Shown piece after piece: positions 38,912 through 52,441 of a stretch of DNA of 64,000 nucleotides. The first letter of the stretch is position 1. Every line of letters starts with the position of its first letter. The DNA is from Octopus vulgaris (Eukaryota), in the NCBI GenBank assembly GCA_951406725.2, contig OX597832.1:41850001-41914000 (forward strand). The letters run 5' to 3'. The notes under the pieces are model-generated. The model ran no database searches and was not told the DNA's origin. It worked only from the letters and a program-made list of their open reading frames with translations. A program made the position numbers and the translations under genes.

Positions 38912-39001
38912 TTAATGCCATTGATATATCTCCCAGTGATCAAGTGTTTTTTGTCTTTCATCTTTGTTCAAGAACTAAATACCATTCCCTTTGTCTTTCA
39001 G

Positions 39002-41605
39002 ACTCTAGTATTCCTACTTCCATGGGCCTTGATGATGAACTGTTGCCATATGTCAGTTTGATAGCACCACAGTCTCCGGTCCATGAAGACAACCTTCGCT
39101 ATGCACGTCAGTATGCTGCTGAGATTTCCGAAGTAGTCCGTGGTGCCCTGGACGATGCTCGCCTTTCCATTCAAAACCTACAGGACAGACCACGCAGGCG
39201 TCAAGATTTCATCGGTGGTTCCTATCACTCTGCTTTCTACAACCCAACAAGATCTGCTGCTTCTGCTGCTGCTGCCGCCGCTTCAACTGCTGTTCCTTCG
39301 ACATCATCATCTGTAAATTTTTCCACCCCAGTATCTGACTACGATTTGAACCTCAGTCCAACTGACTCGTCCCTGCAGAGTGATATTAACTATTCTAGCA
39401 GTCAAAGACAGCCAATGAGGAGGTCCAGCCTTTTGAATTCCTTGCCCAGTACAGTATTGACCAATTCCAGTCCTGCTGACCAATCCTTTGACAGTCACCG
39501 GCTTGGCCAGCTAGGTAGAAGTAGCAGTAGTAGTAGTAATAATAATAATAACACCACTAGTAATACAGATTCTAGGTTAACAAACTCAGACACTGTAAAT
39601 AAACAAGTCTCTTCTGATTTTTCCCGTCCCTCTAGGTTGCTGGCATGGAGGCCACTTCCTCAACCTTTCCGACGGCGCCTGTTATACAAGCACTCAAATA
39701 ACGGAGGCGGTGACACTGATTTGCCCATGCCTTGGATGATGAGACCCTCCACAGCTTCTTCTCTGTCTGCTAGCAGCAGCAGCAGTGGTAACGGCTGCGG
39801 CACCAGTCGTGGTCCAAATACAAAAAATCAGTCGACCGGTTCGAGCACCTCTACACTTAGTAACTTATCCTCATCAGTATTGAACAGTCACCATTTGAAC
39901 AGTTCTTTCCCAGATCCCGGTTCAAGCCCTGGGTGTAACGGTGAATCTACTGAAAACTTTAAGTCTTCTCCCTCCCCTTCCTCTTCCACTTCTTTCTCTT
40001 CTTCCGGTTCCTCTGCTTCTTTTTCTTCGTCATTTTCTACTGAGGATATTTCCAAAAACAACAGTACCATTTCTACCCCTGTCAGTTCTGAAAACATATT
40101 TCCTTTTGTGACTTCCATCTCTGCTGCTTCTGCTGCCGCCGCTGCTGATACTTCACCATCTTCAGCTAGATTGTTGTCTTCTGCCAGTTCTTCACCAGCA
40201 TCATCATCACATGGGTCATCAATCTTAAAGAAAGACTTCTACTCTACCCTCGCCCCTCGCCCTCTTTCTAATTCTACCAGTATTCACTCAGAAACAAACG
40301 ATCTCTTTGCCTCAAACAATAATGACCAACGTAACTTGAATTCGGTACCTAATTCTTTAGAAGATACAAAATACTATTCTCTAGTTAATAATAAGAATAA
40401 TAGTAGTAGTAGTAGAATTAGCACTAATAATGATAATAAACATAATACTGATGAAGCCTGTTCAGAATCAATGCCATTATTATCTTTCTGTCCAAAATGT
40501 AAGTTAGTGTCTCATAGGAACCAGTCTAAAAGAAATAAGGATTCTTCAGATAGGAAAGTATCCAGATTTTCTGAATACTTCAGTAAAACTTGTAGCTGTT
40601 CAGCTTCAGTTGATTCTGATGTCGGTTCAACTAGTAAAAAATCTTTAGTTTCTGACAAACTCTCATCGGATCTTGCTGTCTGTTCCAGCACCAATGGCCA
40701 TAATGGAGTCTATTCCGAGAAATCATTTTCTTCTCTCGCTTCTACTTCTAATTACACCCCTACTTCATCCTCTTCTCATTCTGCTAGTGTTGCCGATTAC
40801 AAATGGTCGACTGGTCTCACTTATGGTTCTGACAAATCAACTAAAACCTCTCTTCTCCGCCTTAATCAGAAATCCTCTTATGGTAAGAATAAAAACGTTA
40901 CCTGCAATTCCTCGTCTTCCTTCAGAAAATTCCCCAAGACTTTCCCTGCAGCCAGTCTGACCTCTTCGGATACTCCTATAATGACACAGGATATCAAGAA
41001 TTCAGACACCACTGTACCATTATCCCAGGTATCTCTTCCTGGTAAGAACTCTTCTGTCTGGTCACGGAAACACTCTTTTAATCAGTACACTGACTCAGTT
41101 AAGAAAAACCTTCTCTTCAATTTAACTAATTCTCTAAAACGACCCTTTTCGTCTTCTACCGATGAAGACAGCCACGTTAAAATGAAGTTTCCTCGCAGTG
41201 ACCAGTCTCAGTCCTCTTACAGCTCCAATTCCACAGATCTCAATGGTACCAGCACCAGTGGCAGTAATACTCACTTAAACTCGTCTTTTACTCCAGTCTC
41301 TCCTTCTCCTTCTCCCGTATCCTCTGCTGAACATTCGGAATTACTCTTTCCAGAAATTCAGAACAACAATCCAGCCTCTTCAGCTTTCAACATTGCAGAT
41401 GCTGGATTGAGCCGTGCCAGTACCTCCATGGCAGCATCGGTCCTGAAGACTCCCCCCATGGCAAGCACCAGTGTCTCCATGAGATTAACACCGAATGTAG
41501 AGTGCGTCTCCCAAAACAACAACTGTGATGAAATAGATACTGACAGCAGTAACAGCTTTATCCCTTCTCCTTCAACCACTCTCAACAACACTAATTGTAA
41601 TAACG

Positions 41606-41639
<34 letters not shown>

Positions 41640-44131
41640 TAATAATAATAATAACAATAATAGTAAAAACAACAATAAGTACCATAATAGTGAACTTTTT
41701 GAAATGCAGTCTTGCCCCACTACAACTTCAGGCAGAATGCCCTCAATGTCTCCATTTAGGTCCATTAGCATGAATAACAGCTTGCCTCAGAACCTATCGG
41801 AACGGTTGGATGCCTGTAAAATGAACTTACAAATCCTTGAGACTCTGAGTTCAACATACAGGCAAGATGCTGCTAACAGTGTCTCTCCATCTATCCCTGC
41901 TACATTCACACTTCAGACAAACAACCGAATCTCTCCACCCCCGCCTTTGCCTGACCACATTCCTATTTCATGTCCCGAGACGAGCAGGAGTAGTAATTTA
42001 CCGACTAACCTTTTACCGTCTTTTTCGAAAAGCTCTTCTTCTAAGTCCGAAGCTTCTACCAGCATCATTTCTGAATCTCCAGTAGCATCGACATCTGGCC
42101 AACCTGTCCCCAGTACCAGTTCATGTAGTGATAATCCTCTTCTGCCTGCTCAGAAGAAGGAGGAAAATTCCGAAAGTAGTAATTCTAGCAGCACAGCCAA
42201 ACCATGTTTGCGACAGGCTGGAGCACTTAAATCAGCTTTCCATTCAATTTGTCGAGCCCTGAGTATTACTGGTACTACACAGACGGCAACTGAAGCAATA
42301 TACACATCGCAACACTCCAGCACAGCGATAGGTCATAGAAGTAGTTTATCTGTTTCAACAACAACAATCACCACAAAACCTTTGTGTTCAGTGAGCTCTA
42401 GTGTTGGCAATGAAGGGAAGGGTTCTAAAAGACCACGTTTTGAAGCAAACAAGCGATTAGATCTCCCTCAGAAGTCTCCTGTCCCCACCATTAGTAGTTC
42501 CACTACAGTGTCCACTGATGTTAATTGTACTACCACTACTACTGCACTGTCTTCGCATCAATCCTCTGAAACTGTCTCTGTTACTAATAGTATTCCGACA
42601 TCTGTATCTTGTGCTACAAGTAGCCAACATACACCCTGTGCCACGCCTATTTATTCTTCCTCCACATCACATAGTTCTTCCCTAAAAGACTCTTGTAATT
42701 ATTTTCCCCTCCTTCCTTTAACGTCATCAACTTCTCTGCCCCCTCATTCACCGAGCTCAAATTTGCCCAGATCTACAGATGATTCTAGATCTTTTTCTTC
42801 TTCTTCTGCCTTCTCTTGCAGTTCTTCTCAAGCAGCTCAGTCAACATATTCCAGCTCTTCGCTGTGTCCTTCGTCAGTTTCCACATCCTCTCTGTCTTCA
42901 CCGCTTGCCTCTGCCACTAGAATTTCTCCAGAAAAATACAAGTCTAGTTCTAAAAGATGCCCTGAACATAGTTCTGTCAAAAGCTCTCATTCTGCTGCTG
43001 CTGCTGCTGGCGCTGGTAATTATAGCAATAATCATGGTTTTGATTCTAACAAAGTGCCACATGAACAACAGCATTATGAGTCGAGTACCTCAACAGAGTC
43101 GGAGAGTCTCTTACATTCTCCAGAAGAAAACTTGAATTCTTCAAGTGGTCATTATTCAGCTGCCAGTGGTTCGAGTTCTTCTCTGGACAGTAATGATGTC
43201 TCCATACAATCAACATCTAATTCAGGGACTTCACGAAAGAGCCATCGGCCCACAAAATCCTCTCGTTTGAGATTACATAACCCTGTCCCCTCTACTAGTA
43301 GTGTATGTTCTACTCATCCTAATCAAGGTTCTAGTCGCACGACTAGAGAAAATAATTTCAATAAGTCATTAGGTCAGTGTCATAAGGACAGTGTTGAGCC
43401 CCAGCCCACACATTCCACGACCCACACTGGTCAGACATCACAACATCTGCCCTTTGACCCAAGCTATGCTCCCAATCAATATTCCATACCTGATTCTAAT
43501 CCAAACCTGTCTTTACTCAACTGGGAAGATGTGGATTCTTCCAGAGTGTACCCTGCTGATTTGGATTCTTCAGACAACCTGTCTACATCTTCAAATATTT
43601 ATGATCTCCCACCTTATGAAGAATCCAATCATCAAAACAGACGGAGTTTCTCGCAGTATCCAGAGAGGCCAGAGCTACTGCCCTCTGCTCACAGCATTAG
43701 CCGTCCAGAAAACCCTCAAGGTGTTGACCTCTCCAACAGTGAAAGTTTACCAGTTAACATTAACGATAATCCAGGTGCTGCGACTAATGAGGCCTTTGAT
43801 ACACTGTGTGCAGTTGCATCAGCTACCTGTGATATAACTGAAGTGACTGCACGTCTGCATCAAGAACTGGATGAGCTAGATCGACGCATGGCATCATTAC
43901 AACAGCGCTGTGCTGCACGTTTGGCCAGAGTGCAAGTGCCGTCGCGGGAAGTCGTGAATCTAGAGAGGTGGAGTGCAAACCACAATGTTGATGAGTTTGT
44001 GTGCAGTGTGCGCAACACTTTAGATGGAATTGCTCAGTTGCGGCGTCATGAGCGTCTTATGCATATGCAGCAGTTGGTTTCATTGCCTGGAGGCATGACT
44101 AGCAGTACCAGCTTTGGTGGAAGTAGATTAG
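39002..44131 (+). CDS. AMBRA1: AMBRA1 coding exon 7, giant 5130-nt exon encoding a Ser/Thr/Asn/Pro-rich disordered region
   Basis: Lies within the 1735-aa ORF 38944..44151. ctttcag| acceptor at 39001 and G|gtgagt donor at 44132, both phase 1. No interspersed repeats seen, unlike the flanking introns. Confidence 0.88.
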
Positions 44132-44907
44132 GTGAGTACATTCTTGATTAACGTCATGCAACACTTTGACTTGCCTTGTCTTAATATGTTTGATCCTTAC
44201 AACTGTTTCGCAGTGGCTGACACTTAAACTTAATAAGGAGCGATTTTCAAAAATACAAATTGTAGACATTACCCCTGTGCATACATGCATTGCATGTATG
44301 TGTATCTATAGATCTGTGTATGTGTGACTATATCGTATAAATATACATATGTCGTATGACTAATATATAGTCTTTTTGACAAAATTTTTTACACATTAGA
44401 CCACTGGAAATGTAAATTTTAATTAATTTCCATTTCCCTTTGATATGATTAAATATTGTAAGTTTTTTTAATAATTTTCGGTTTTAAAAGTTGGCACTTT
44501 TTTTTATTGCCGATGAAGGACTGCGGCTGCACAGTAGATTTAGAAAAAGTTAGGATGTATAAACACAGGGCAAGTTGTTTTGATCGTCCTGTGTGTATAC
44601 GTTTAACCCTAGGTGGTCCTGCTGAAGAAGATTGCACCTAGCAAGTTCCTTGACATGCTAAACTAAAATCAGAAACCAATTGGTCCAGGAAACTGGATGG
44701 TAAAATGTTTTTCATTTTTCAATTCATTCCTGTCAAATTTTATCCCTAGTTTCTGTGGTTATAGAACCTAGCTGTTCTTTCTAGCATGTTGGATTCCTAT
44801 AAGTGGATTCCTTATGTGTTTAAATATACACTATATCGTATGACCATATATATATATGAATATATATGTGTGTGTATGTATATGTGTATATATGTGTGTA
44901 TATATAT

Positions 44908-45225
44908 GAGGGCGCGTGGCTTAGTGGTTAGGGCATTCGGCTCATGATCGTAAGGTTGTGAGTTCGATTCCCGGCGACGCGTTGTGTCCTTGAGCAAGAC
45001 ACTTTATTTCACGTTGCTCCAGTCCACTCAGCTGGCAAAGATGAGTTGTACCTGTATTTCAAAGAGTCAGCCTTGTCACTCTCTGTGTCACGCTGATTAT
45101 CCCCGAGAACTACGTTAAGGGTACACGTGTCTGTGGAGTGCTCAGCCATTTGCACGTTAATTTCACGAGCAAGCTGTTCCGTTGATCGTATCAGCTGGGA
45201 CCCTCGTCGTCGTAACCGGTGGAGG
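44908..45225 (+). mobile_element. tRNA-derived SINE family D
   Basis: A-box tggcttagtgg, B-box gagttcgattccc, core ccttgagcaagacactttatttcac. Related copies near 2080, 32010, 32320 and 54200. Confidence 0.85.
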
Positions 45226-45229
45226 CTAA

Positions 45230-45403
45230 GAATATATGCATATATATGTGCACATATGTGTGGGTATATAGATATGTGTATATGTGTGTGTGTATATATG
45301 TGTATGAATATATATGTGTGTATGTATATGTGTGTATATATATGCATATATATATGTATATATGTGTGTGTGTGTGTATATATGTATGTATATATGTATG
45401 TAG

Positions 45404-45441
<38 letters not shown>

Positions 45442-45800
45442 TATATATATATATATATAAATGTATATATATGTATGTATATATAAGTGTATGTATATAC
45501 TTATGTATATATGTATATACTTATATGTGTGTGTGTGTGTGTATATATATATAAATCCTTAAATCCTTAAAAATGTTTTAGCCCGAAGGCCGCGGCCATA
45601 TATATGGATATATGTGTTTGTGTATATATATATAAGTGCATATGTATGTATATATGTATGTATATATATGTATATATGTTTGTATGTATATAAGTATGTA
45701 TGTATATATGTATGTATATATGTATGTATGTATGTATATATATATGTGTATGTATATATGTATCTATATATATGCATATATACATGTATCTATATGTAAG
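45230..45800. repeat. Compound (TA)/(TG)/(TATG) microsatellite
   Basis: Seen directly. Confidence 0.92.
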
Positions 45801-46597
45801 GCTATGTTATCCAGCTGGCCTTTCCCTATTTAAGGAGGTAATGTTCTATTTGATGGAGCTTCTACAGCTATTTCCAGTAGTTCAATTGACCACATTGTTC
45901 TCTCATTGTCCCAAGTTTCTCTTGGTCCTTTAGTTACAGAGCAACTAATCTGAGGATTTGACCCAATAGGATCAAATTGACCATTTGGGTCGTTGCTATA
46001 TGGCATCTTTTGTTCCTGTTATGAATTAGTTATGGGATAAAGGTCAGTGGTTATGACCTTTGCAGGCCATTTAAGACTGGTGCAATTGATGAGGTTGATG
46101 TTCAGTTTGAATGTTTGTGGGTTAATGTTTTGGGGAAAAAACCTGTGTAAGGACGGAAATCCAGAAGATTACAACCCAAGACAGGAAGGATGAGGCAAAG
46201 TGTTTAGTACAGAATGTAGGAGGAGATTCACAGCAAAGGCAAGGGGATGTGGAAGGATGTTAAAGGGGTTTAGGTAGCTAGAGGGATATGCATACAGTTG
46301 AAAAGTATAGGGACCGTTGTAATAACAGTAGCAGAGTCAAAGAGAGGAGATTACATGCAAATAAGCTTGTAGTGGTAGTATGTTTACTCTTACTCTCTCT
46401 TTTACTCTTTTACTTGTTTCAGTCATTTGACTGCGGCCATGCTGGAGCACTGCCTTTTTAGTCGAGCAAATCGACTCCGGGACTTATTCTTTTTGTAAGC
46501 CCAGTACTTATTCTATCGGTCTCTTTTGCCGAACCGCTAAGTGACGGGGACGTAAACCCACCAGCATCGGTTGTCAAGCAATGACACACAAACACAT

Positions 46598-46659
<62 letters not shown>

Positions 46660-46910
46660 GACAGGCTTCTTTCAGTTTCTGTCTACCAAATCCACTCACA
46701 AGACATTGGTCGGCCCGGGGCTATAGAAGAAGACACTTGCCCAAGGTGCCACACAGTGGGACTGAACCCGGAACCATGTGGTTGGTTAGCAAGCTACATA
46801 CCACACAGCCACTCCTGTTTGTGAGGAATTGTTTAGGATTTGTCTAATTGCTCAACTATAGCCAGCCAATGCCCTGAGTAGATTTGACTGACAGAAACCG
46901 TGTAAGTTAA

Positions 46911-47418
46911 GGCAGCGAGCTGGCATAAACGTTAGCACACCGGGTGAAATGCTTAGCGGTATTTTGTCTGCCGTTACATTCTGAGTTCAAATTCCGCCGA
47001 GGTTGACTTAGCCTTTCATCCTTTTGGGGTTGATAAATTAAGTACCAGTTAAGCACTGGGGTCGATATAATTGACTTAATCCGTTTGTCTGTCCTTGTTT
47101 GTCCTCTCTGTGTTTAGCCCCTTGTGGGTAGTAAAGAAATATGTATTTCATCTGCCGTTACGTTCTGAGTTCAAATTCCGCCGAGGTCGACTTTGCCTTT
47201 CATCCTTTCGGGGTCGATAAATTAAGTACCAGTTGTGCACTGGGGTCGATATAATCGACTTAATCTGTTTGTCTGTCCTTGTTTGTCCTCTCTGTGTTTA
47301 GCCCCTTGTGGGTAGTAAAGAAATAGGTATTTTGTCTGCCGTTACGTTCTGAGTTCAAATTCCGCCGAGGTCGACTTTGCCTTTCATCCTTTCGGGGTCG
47401 ATAAATTAAGTACCAGTG
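46911..47418 (+). mobile_element. SINE family A multimer (2 units plus a partial third)
   Basis: Junctions aaagaaata-(t/g)gtattt at about 47141 and 47326. Confidence 0.88.
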
Positions 47419-47661
47419 TGAGTACCAGTGATAAATTAAGAAACTATGTGAGTCCATTATGTGTATACATACATATAAGTGCAGGCATGGCTGTGTAGTA
47501 TGGCCTCTGGGTACATGTGAACGACAGCAATTGCTAATGTTGATGGAATGATGTAGGTGACTGTGATGGAGGGTTCTGCTTTCTAATTATAGTTCCCAAT
47601 TTTGGTATATTTAAGTGAGAAAATCTGAGATCAGTCTTTCTCTCTTTGTGTTTCTTTCCAG

Positions 47662-47740
47662 ATGAGTCGGCCCGGTTATCAACGGAGGCTCGTGAGGAGA
47701 TATCTCGTAACTTACAGCGAGAAGTCAATACTCAAACCAA
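47662..47740 (+). CDS. AMBRA1: AMBRA1 coding exon 8 (DESARLSTEAREEISRNLQREVNTQTK)
   Basis: ttccag| acceptor and AA|gtaagt donor. Phase 1 to 2 links exons 7 and 9. Confidence 0.82.
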
Positions 47741-49099
47741 GTAAGTGTTTAGCGGACTTCCTACCTTTTTTGAAATAGCTTCTGTACAATTAGCACAACT
47801 TGATTTCTTTTTGCCGGTTGTTTATATCTGTATGTGTACACACACACACACACAAGTAGGTATACATGTTTTTGTTTATCATCATCATCAGTTAATGTTC
47901 ATTTTCCATGCTGGCATGGGTTGGACGGTTTGATTAGCGCTGGCAAGCATAAAAGCTGTACCAGGTGTGAATATATATATATATCAATTAAATTAGAGAT
48001 AAAATTACTATTTGGCAAATCAAACCGTGAAAAACATAAACCAAAACATAGAAATAAAATTAATTTAAAGTTAAAAATTTAAAATTATTAATTTATATTT
48101 ATAAATTTTTATACATATATATATATATATATTTTTTTATTTATATTTTTATTATTTATTTATTTTTTTATTTATTTATTATCAAAAAGTATTAAAACGT
48201 TTAATATAATATAAAAAGTATATATATATATATATATATATATGATCTCAGATCAAGTCACTTGCTATGCAAGTACATCTCCGTAATGTTTTTAAATCCC
48301 TGTGGATAAATGCCAGCAATGACCTTCTCAGGCTCTCCATTATTTTAATTTCTGAACAGACACAATCGGGGGCAGGGCGTGGGGTTGAAAAAATACACAA
48401 TTTCTCAAATTTTCTTTTTTATAGCATATGGATGTATTTATGGGGGGAAAAACTATTGAAAAACATCAATACATGCGAGAGCGATAAAGAAACGAGGAGG
48501 GTTGTCTTTGGATGTGCTAGAAACAACAGCCGAATTGCCCTTAAATCACTTTTCCCTCTGAAAATATTAGCATTTCTTTTTTCCGAAAATGCACTTCCCA
48601 TGGTTTTGAAGTGCAAAAAAGAAGAAATTGGCCAAAATTGGTCCAGAGTGGGATGATGAGGGAGTGGGGTGTAAAAAAAGAGTCTTCAAAACTTTTTTTC
48701 ATACATAGATGCCCCCCCCCCCCCCCTCCAAACCAATAATTTCTAAGGCTGTGGTTTAATAAAACATGGGGCAAATTGCCAGAAAATTTCCCCCCCATCA
48801 ATTTCTTTATAATCGTAATCTATGCCATTTGAAAGGGATTTGTAAAACTTTTCATTGAAAGATACCCATCTTCCTGAAAGTTATCAGGGAAAAAAGTCAG
48901 ATTGTGTGGGTTTTCTGAAACTCCTGCTTTGCTAGATATTCTACCCCAGGACTTATTCTTTGTATGCCTAATACTTATTCCATTGGTCGCTTTTGCTGAA
49001 CCACTAAGTTATGGAGATATAAACACACCAACATCGGTTGTCAAGCGATGGTGGTGGAGACAAATACGCACACACACACACACACATATCCCTTAATTA

Positions 49100-49152
<53 letters not shown>

Positions 49153-50227
49153 TATGGCACATTAGGAAGGGCATTCAACCATAGAAACCATACTAAAACC
49201 ATACTATAGACTCATAATAAAGAATATTTTTAAATAATTTTTGTCTGGTGTTCAGAACATACTTCATATGAAAGGTTTTAATTAAGATAATTTTAAGACA
49301 GTGGTCTAGCTGCTTTCCCTAGCTTCATATTCTTAATAGCCATTTAGACCATGTAGTTGCCAATTTCAGTAGCTAATTTCTCTGTTGGACCTACATAAGT
49401 AGGCCCTCTTCCTCCTGCACATTCTCCTTGGTGACCTTTCAAATCAACATTTCCAAAGTTCTTTCTTCTAAGCATCTTCATTTGTCCTGACACGCTGCTT
49501 TGCATTACACATCTCATGCTTCTGATGTTCTCACCATTTGTAAAACCTCTTACTATCAGCTTCTCTCCTTTCTTCATATACATAATGCTTAGCTTCCCTT
49601 CAAGCTATCTGATAGCGTTTCTCCCTCTGCCCTTTCTGCTAATATTTTCAGCCCTATTTCTTAGCTTTTATGGTTTTATCTACTTCACAATTTCACCTCC
49701 ATCTAGATTTGGTCTGTTGCTTGCAAAAACACCCAGTTGTATTCTGTGCTTCAGATCTTTATTTCCTTTCTTGATATATGTGTCACCTCATATTTCAAAC
49801 CTACATAGTCCAAAGGATCTTTGAAGCTTCTATGCCGTCCTTCTTCTAAGTGTTTTATGCCTCTGATTACTTTACTGTACTGATTTTTCTTTAGGTATTT
49901 ATAGCTCTTTTGATCTAAACATTATAGCTGTTTCCTCCTAGCTACCATATCAGTTTTCCCTAGGTACTCTGTTTTTCTTTCTTGGTACTATTGGCAGTTT
50001 TTTCCTCAGATACTATAGCTGTTTTTCCTAAAGTACTTTGTTTCTTCCAGTTTACTCCAACTGTTTTTCCCAAGGCACTGTAACCCCTGAACTGTTATGT
50101 GTTATAGCTGCTATTTGCTGCCCCCACCCACATTAGTAATGGCATCTGGGTTTTTTTCTTCTTCCAAGGTACTATGGCTGTTTTTTCCTTCTGCCAAATC
50201 TAACTGACTCTCATCCATTTCTTACAG

Positions 50228-50370
50228 GTTACTGCGACTCCAAGAACGTATCTTGCAACGTTTACGCCAGCGTCAAATCCATCATCATTATGTGAACACA
50301 GGCAGTTTAGAAGATGCTTCATCACGCCCAAGTGATACTCTTCAGGCTGCTATTAATAGGGCTATTGCAG
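50228..50370 (+). CDS. AMBRA1: AMBRA1 coding exon 9 (LLRLQERILQRLRQRQIHHHYVNTGSLEDASSRPSDTLQAAINRAIA)
   Basis: ttacag| acceptor and G|gtaatt donor. Overlaps ORF 50253..50591. Confidence 0.87.
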
Positions 50371-51877
50371 GTAATTTCACCTCCTTCCTCTCTCTTGCTT
50401 CAACCCTTCTTTCGCTCTCTCTCGCTGACTATCTGTTCAATTGTTTTGGTCTATGTAAAATTAAGTTCTTTGTTGTGTGTCAAGATAATCAGACCAAACC
50501 TTGTGTTGCTGCTCCATCCATTGTATTGTTCTCCCTTCTTCCCCTAAGCCAAGTGAACAAAAACATTATTAGGCAGCTTGACCTTGTGTAACTGTCAGAA
50601 AGTGGAGGAATTTCACTTCAAAAACGGGAAGAAACAAAATCCTGTCTCACCTTTTATCTTTGTTTTAGTCATTGGACTGCAGCCTTTGCTGGAGCATCGC
50701 CTTCAAAGGTTTAGTCAAACAAATCTACCTCTCTCTCTTTCTCTTTTCTCTTTTACTTGTTTCAGTCAGTTGACTGCGGCCATGCTGGAGCACCGCCTTT
50801 AGTCAAGCAACTCGACCCCGGGACTTATTCTTTGTAAGCCCAGTAGTTATTCTATCGGTCTCTTTTGCCGAACCGCTAAGTGACGAGGACATAAACACAC
50901 CAGCATCGGTTGTCAAGCAATGCTAGGGGGACAACCACAGAGACACAAACATACACACACACACATATATATATATACATATATACGACCAGCTTCTTTC
51001 AGTTTCTGTCTACCAAATCCACTCACAAGGCTTTGGTTGGCCCTGGGCTATAGCAGAAGACACTTGCCCAGTATTTATTATTTTTTTTTTAAGTCTGGTA
51101 TTATTACTGAACTGCTAAGTAACAGGGACATAAACAAACCAACATCAGTGGTGGTGGTGCTGCAACACATACAGACTGTACAAGCAAGGAAAGTAACATT
51201 TCCCCATAGCCAAATGTCTTTATCACAGATAGGGAGTGGAAATGAATGATGTTGCTTGTATGACAGTGACATTCATTTACAATTAGCATGTGATGTCCAA
51301 GACCGAAAGACAAACAACGTACATATACAACAGGCTTCTTTCAGTTTGTGTTTGCCAATTCTACTTATAAGGCTGTGGTCAACCCAGGGTTATAGAGCCT
51401 AAGGTGCAGTGTAGTGTGACTGAACCTAGAATCCAGTGGTTGGGAAGCAAACTTAACCACATTGCTTATCATCATCATTATTTAACGTCCGCTTTCCATG
51501 CTAGCATGGGTTGGACGATTTTGACTGAGGGCTGGCAAACCAGATGGCTGTACCACGCTCCAATCTTGATTTGGCAGAGTTTCTACAGCTGGATGCCCTT
51601 CCTAACACCAACCACTCTGAGAGTGTAGTGGGTGCTTTTACGTGCCACCAACACGGGGCCAGTCAGGCGGCACTGGCAATGACCTCACTCGAATCTTTTA
51701 CACATGCCACCGGTGCGGGTGCCAGTAAGGTGATGCTGGTGTACGGCAATATTTTTTACTTGAGCATAATTCTTCACCTAAACCCCAAAACTTCTGTCTA
51801 GAATCCTATGACCACCATTGGTCAAGAATTGCAGCTTTGGAATGATATTTGTGTTTCTTTTCTCCTCCGCTTGTCAG

Positions 51878-51988
51878 GTGCTTTCTTGGGAAGAGGTGAA
51901 ATTGCTGTTGCAACTAATATTATCAACTTGACACATCGCATCCAACGGTGGGACTTCAAGAAACTAGAACTCCCTGACCTTACTTACA
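51878..51988 (+). CDS. AMBRA1: AMBRA1 coding exon 10 (GAFLGRGEIAVATNIINLTHRIQRWDFKKLELPDLTY)
   Basis: tgtcag| acceptor and A|gtaagt donor. Matches human [26 protein letters not shown]. Confidence 0.94.
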
Positions 51989-52014
51989 GTAAGTATCACT
52001 TTTCTTATTGATTG

Positions 52015-52049
<35 letters not shown>

Positions 52050-52441
52050 TATATTGAAAACAACTGTAATTTTAAAATTTAATCTTTTTAATTTATAACT
52101 AGTTTATAGATTTGATTGTGAAATATATGTCTATTAAACATGGATATATTGACTTTAAATTGCATATTGTTTTGTAAAACTAATGTCACTTCACAACTGA
52201 TAAAAAAAATTAAAAAGAATTTAGAAAGAAAAAGAAACAAGATAAAAGTTTATCACATACTTATATCAGACAAACTTAATTATTAGGCATCTATTTGTCT
52301 CTACAACACTTAGAATCTTTTATGCCCATATCCTTGCTTGTTTATTATTGATCTTCCAACTTAAATTTCAATATGAAAAAATGTGAATTAAGCTCTATTT
52401 TTTTGGCATAGATAAAAGTGATGTTTCAAATATACCTTTAA

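Noticed and set aside
38944-44151. Standalone 1735-aa intronless gene
   Set aside because: The ORF start is a non-ATG codon in an intron. Phase-matched splice sites place it inside AMBRA1.
44908-44985. tRNA genes
   Set aside because: A/B boxes continue into SINE bodies, and no clean cloverleaf with an acceptor stem was found.
47960-48900. Unusual homopolymer-rich segment with 129-aa and 86-aa ORFs
   Set aside because: No recognisable protein. It looks like decayed repeats or poorly polished long-read consensus.
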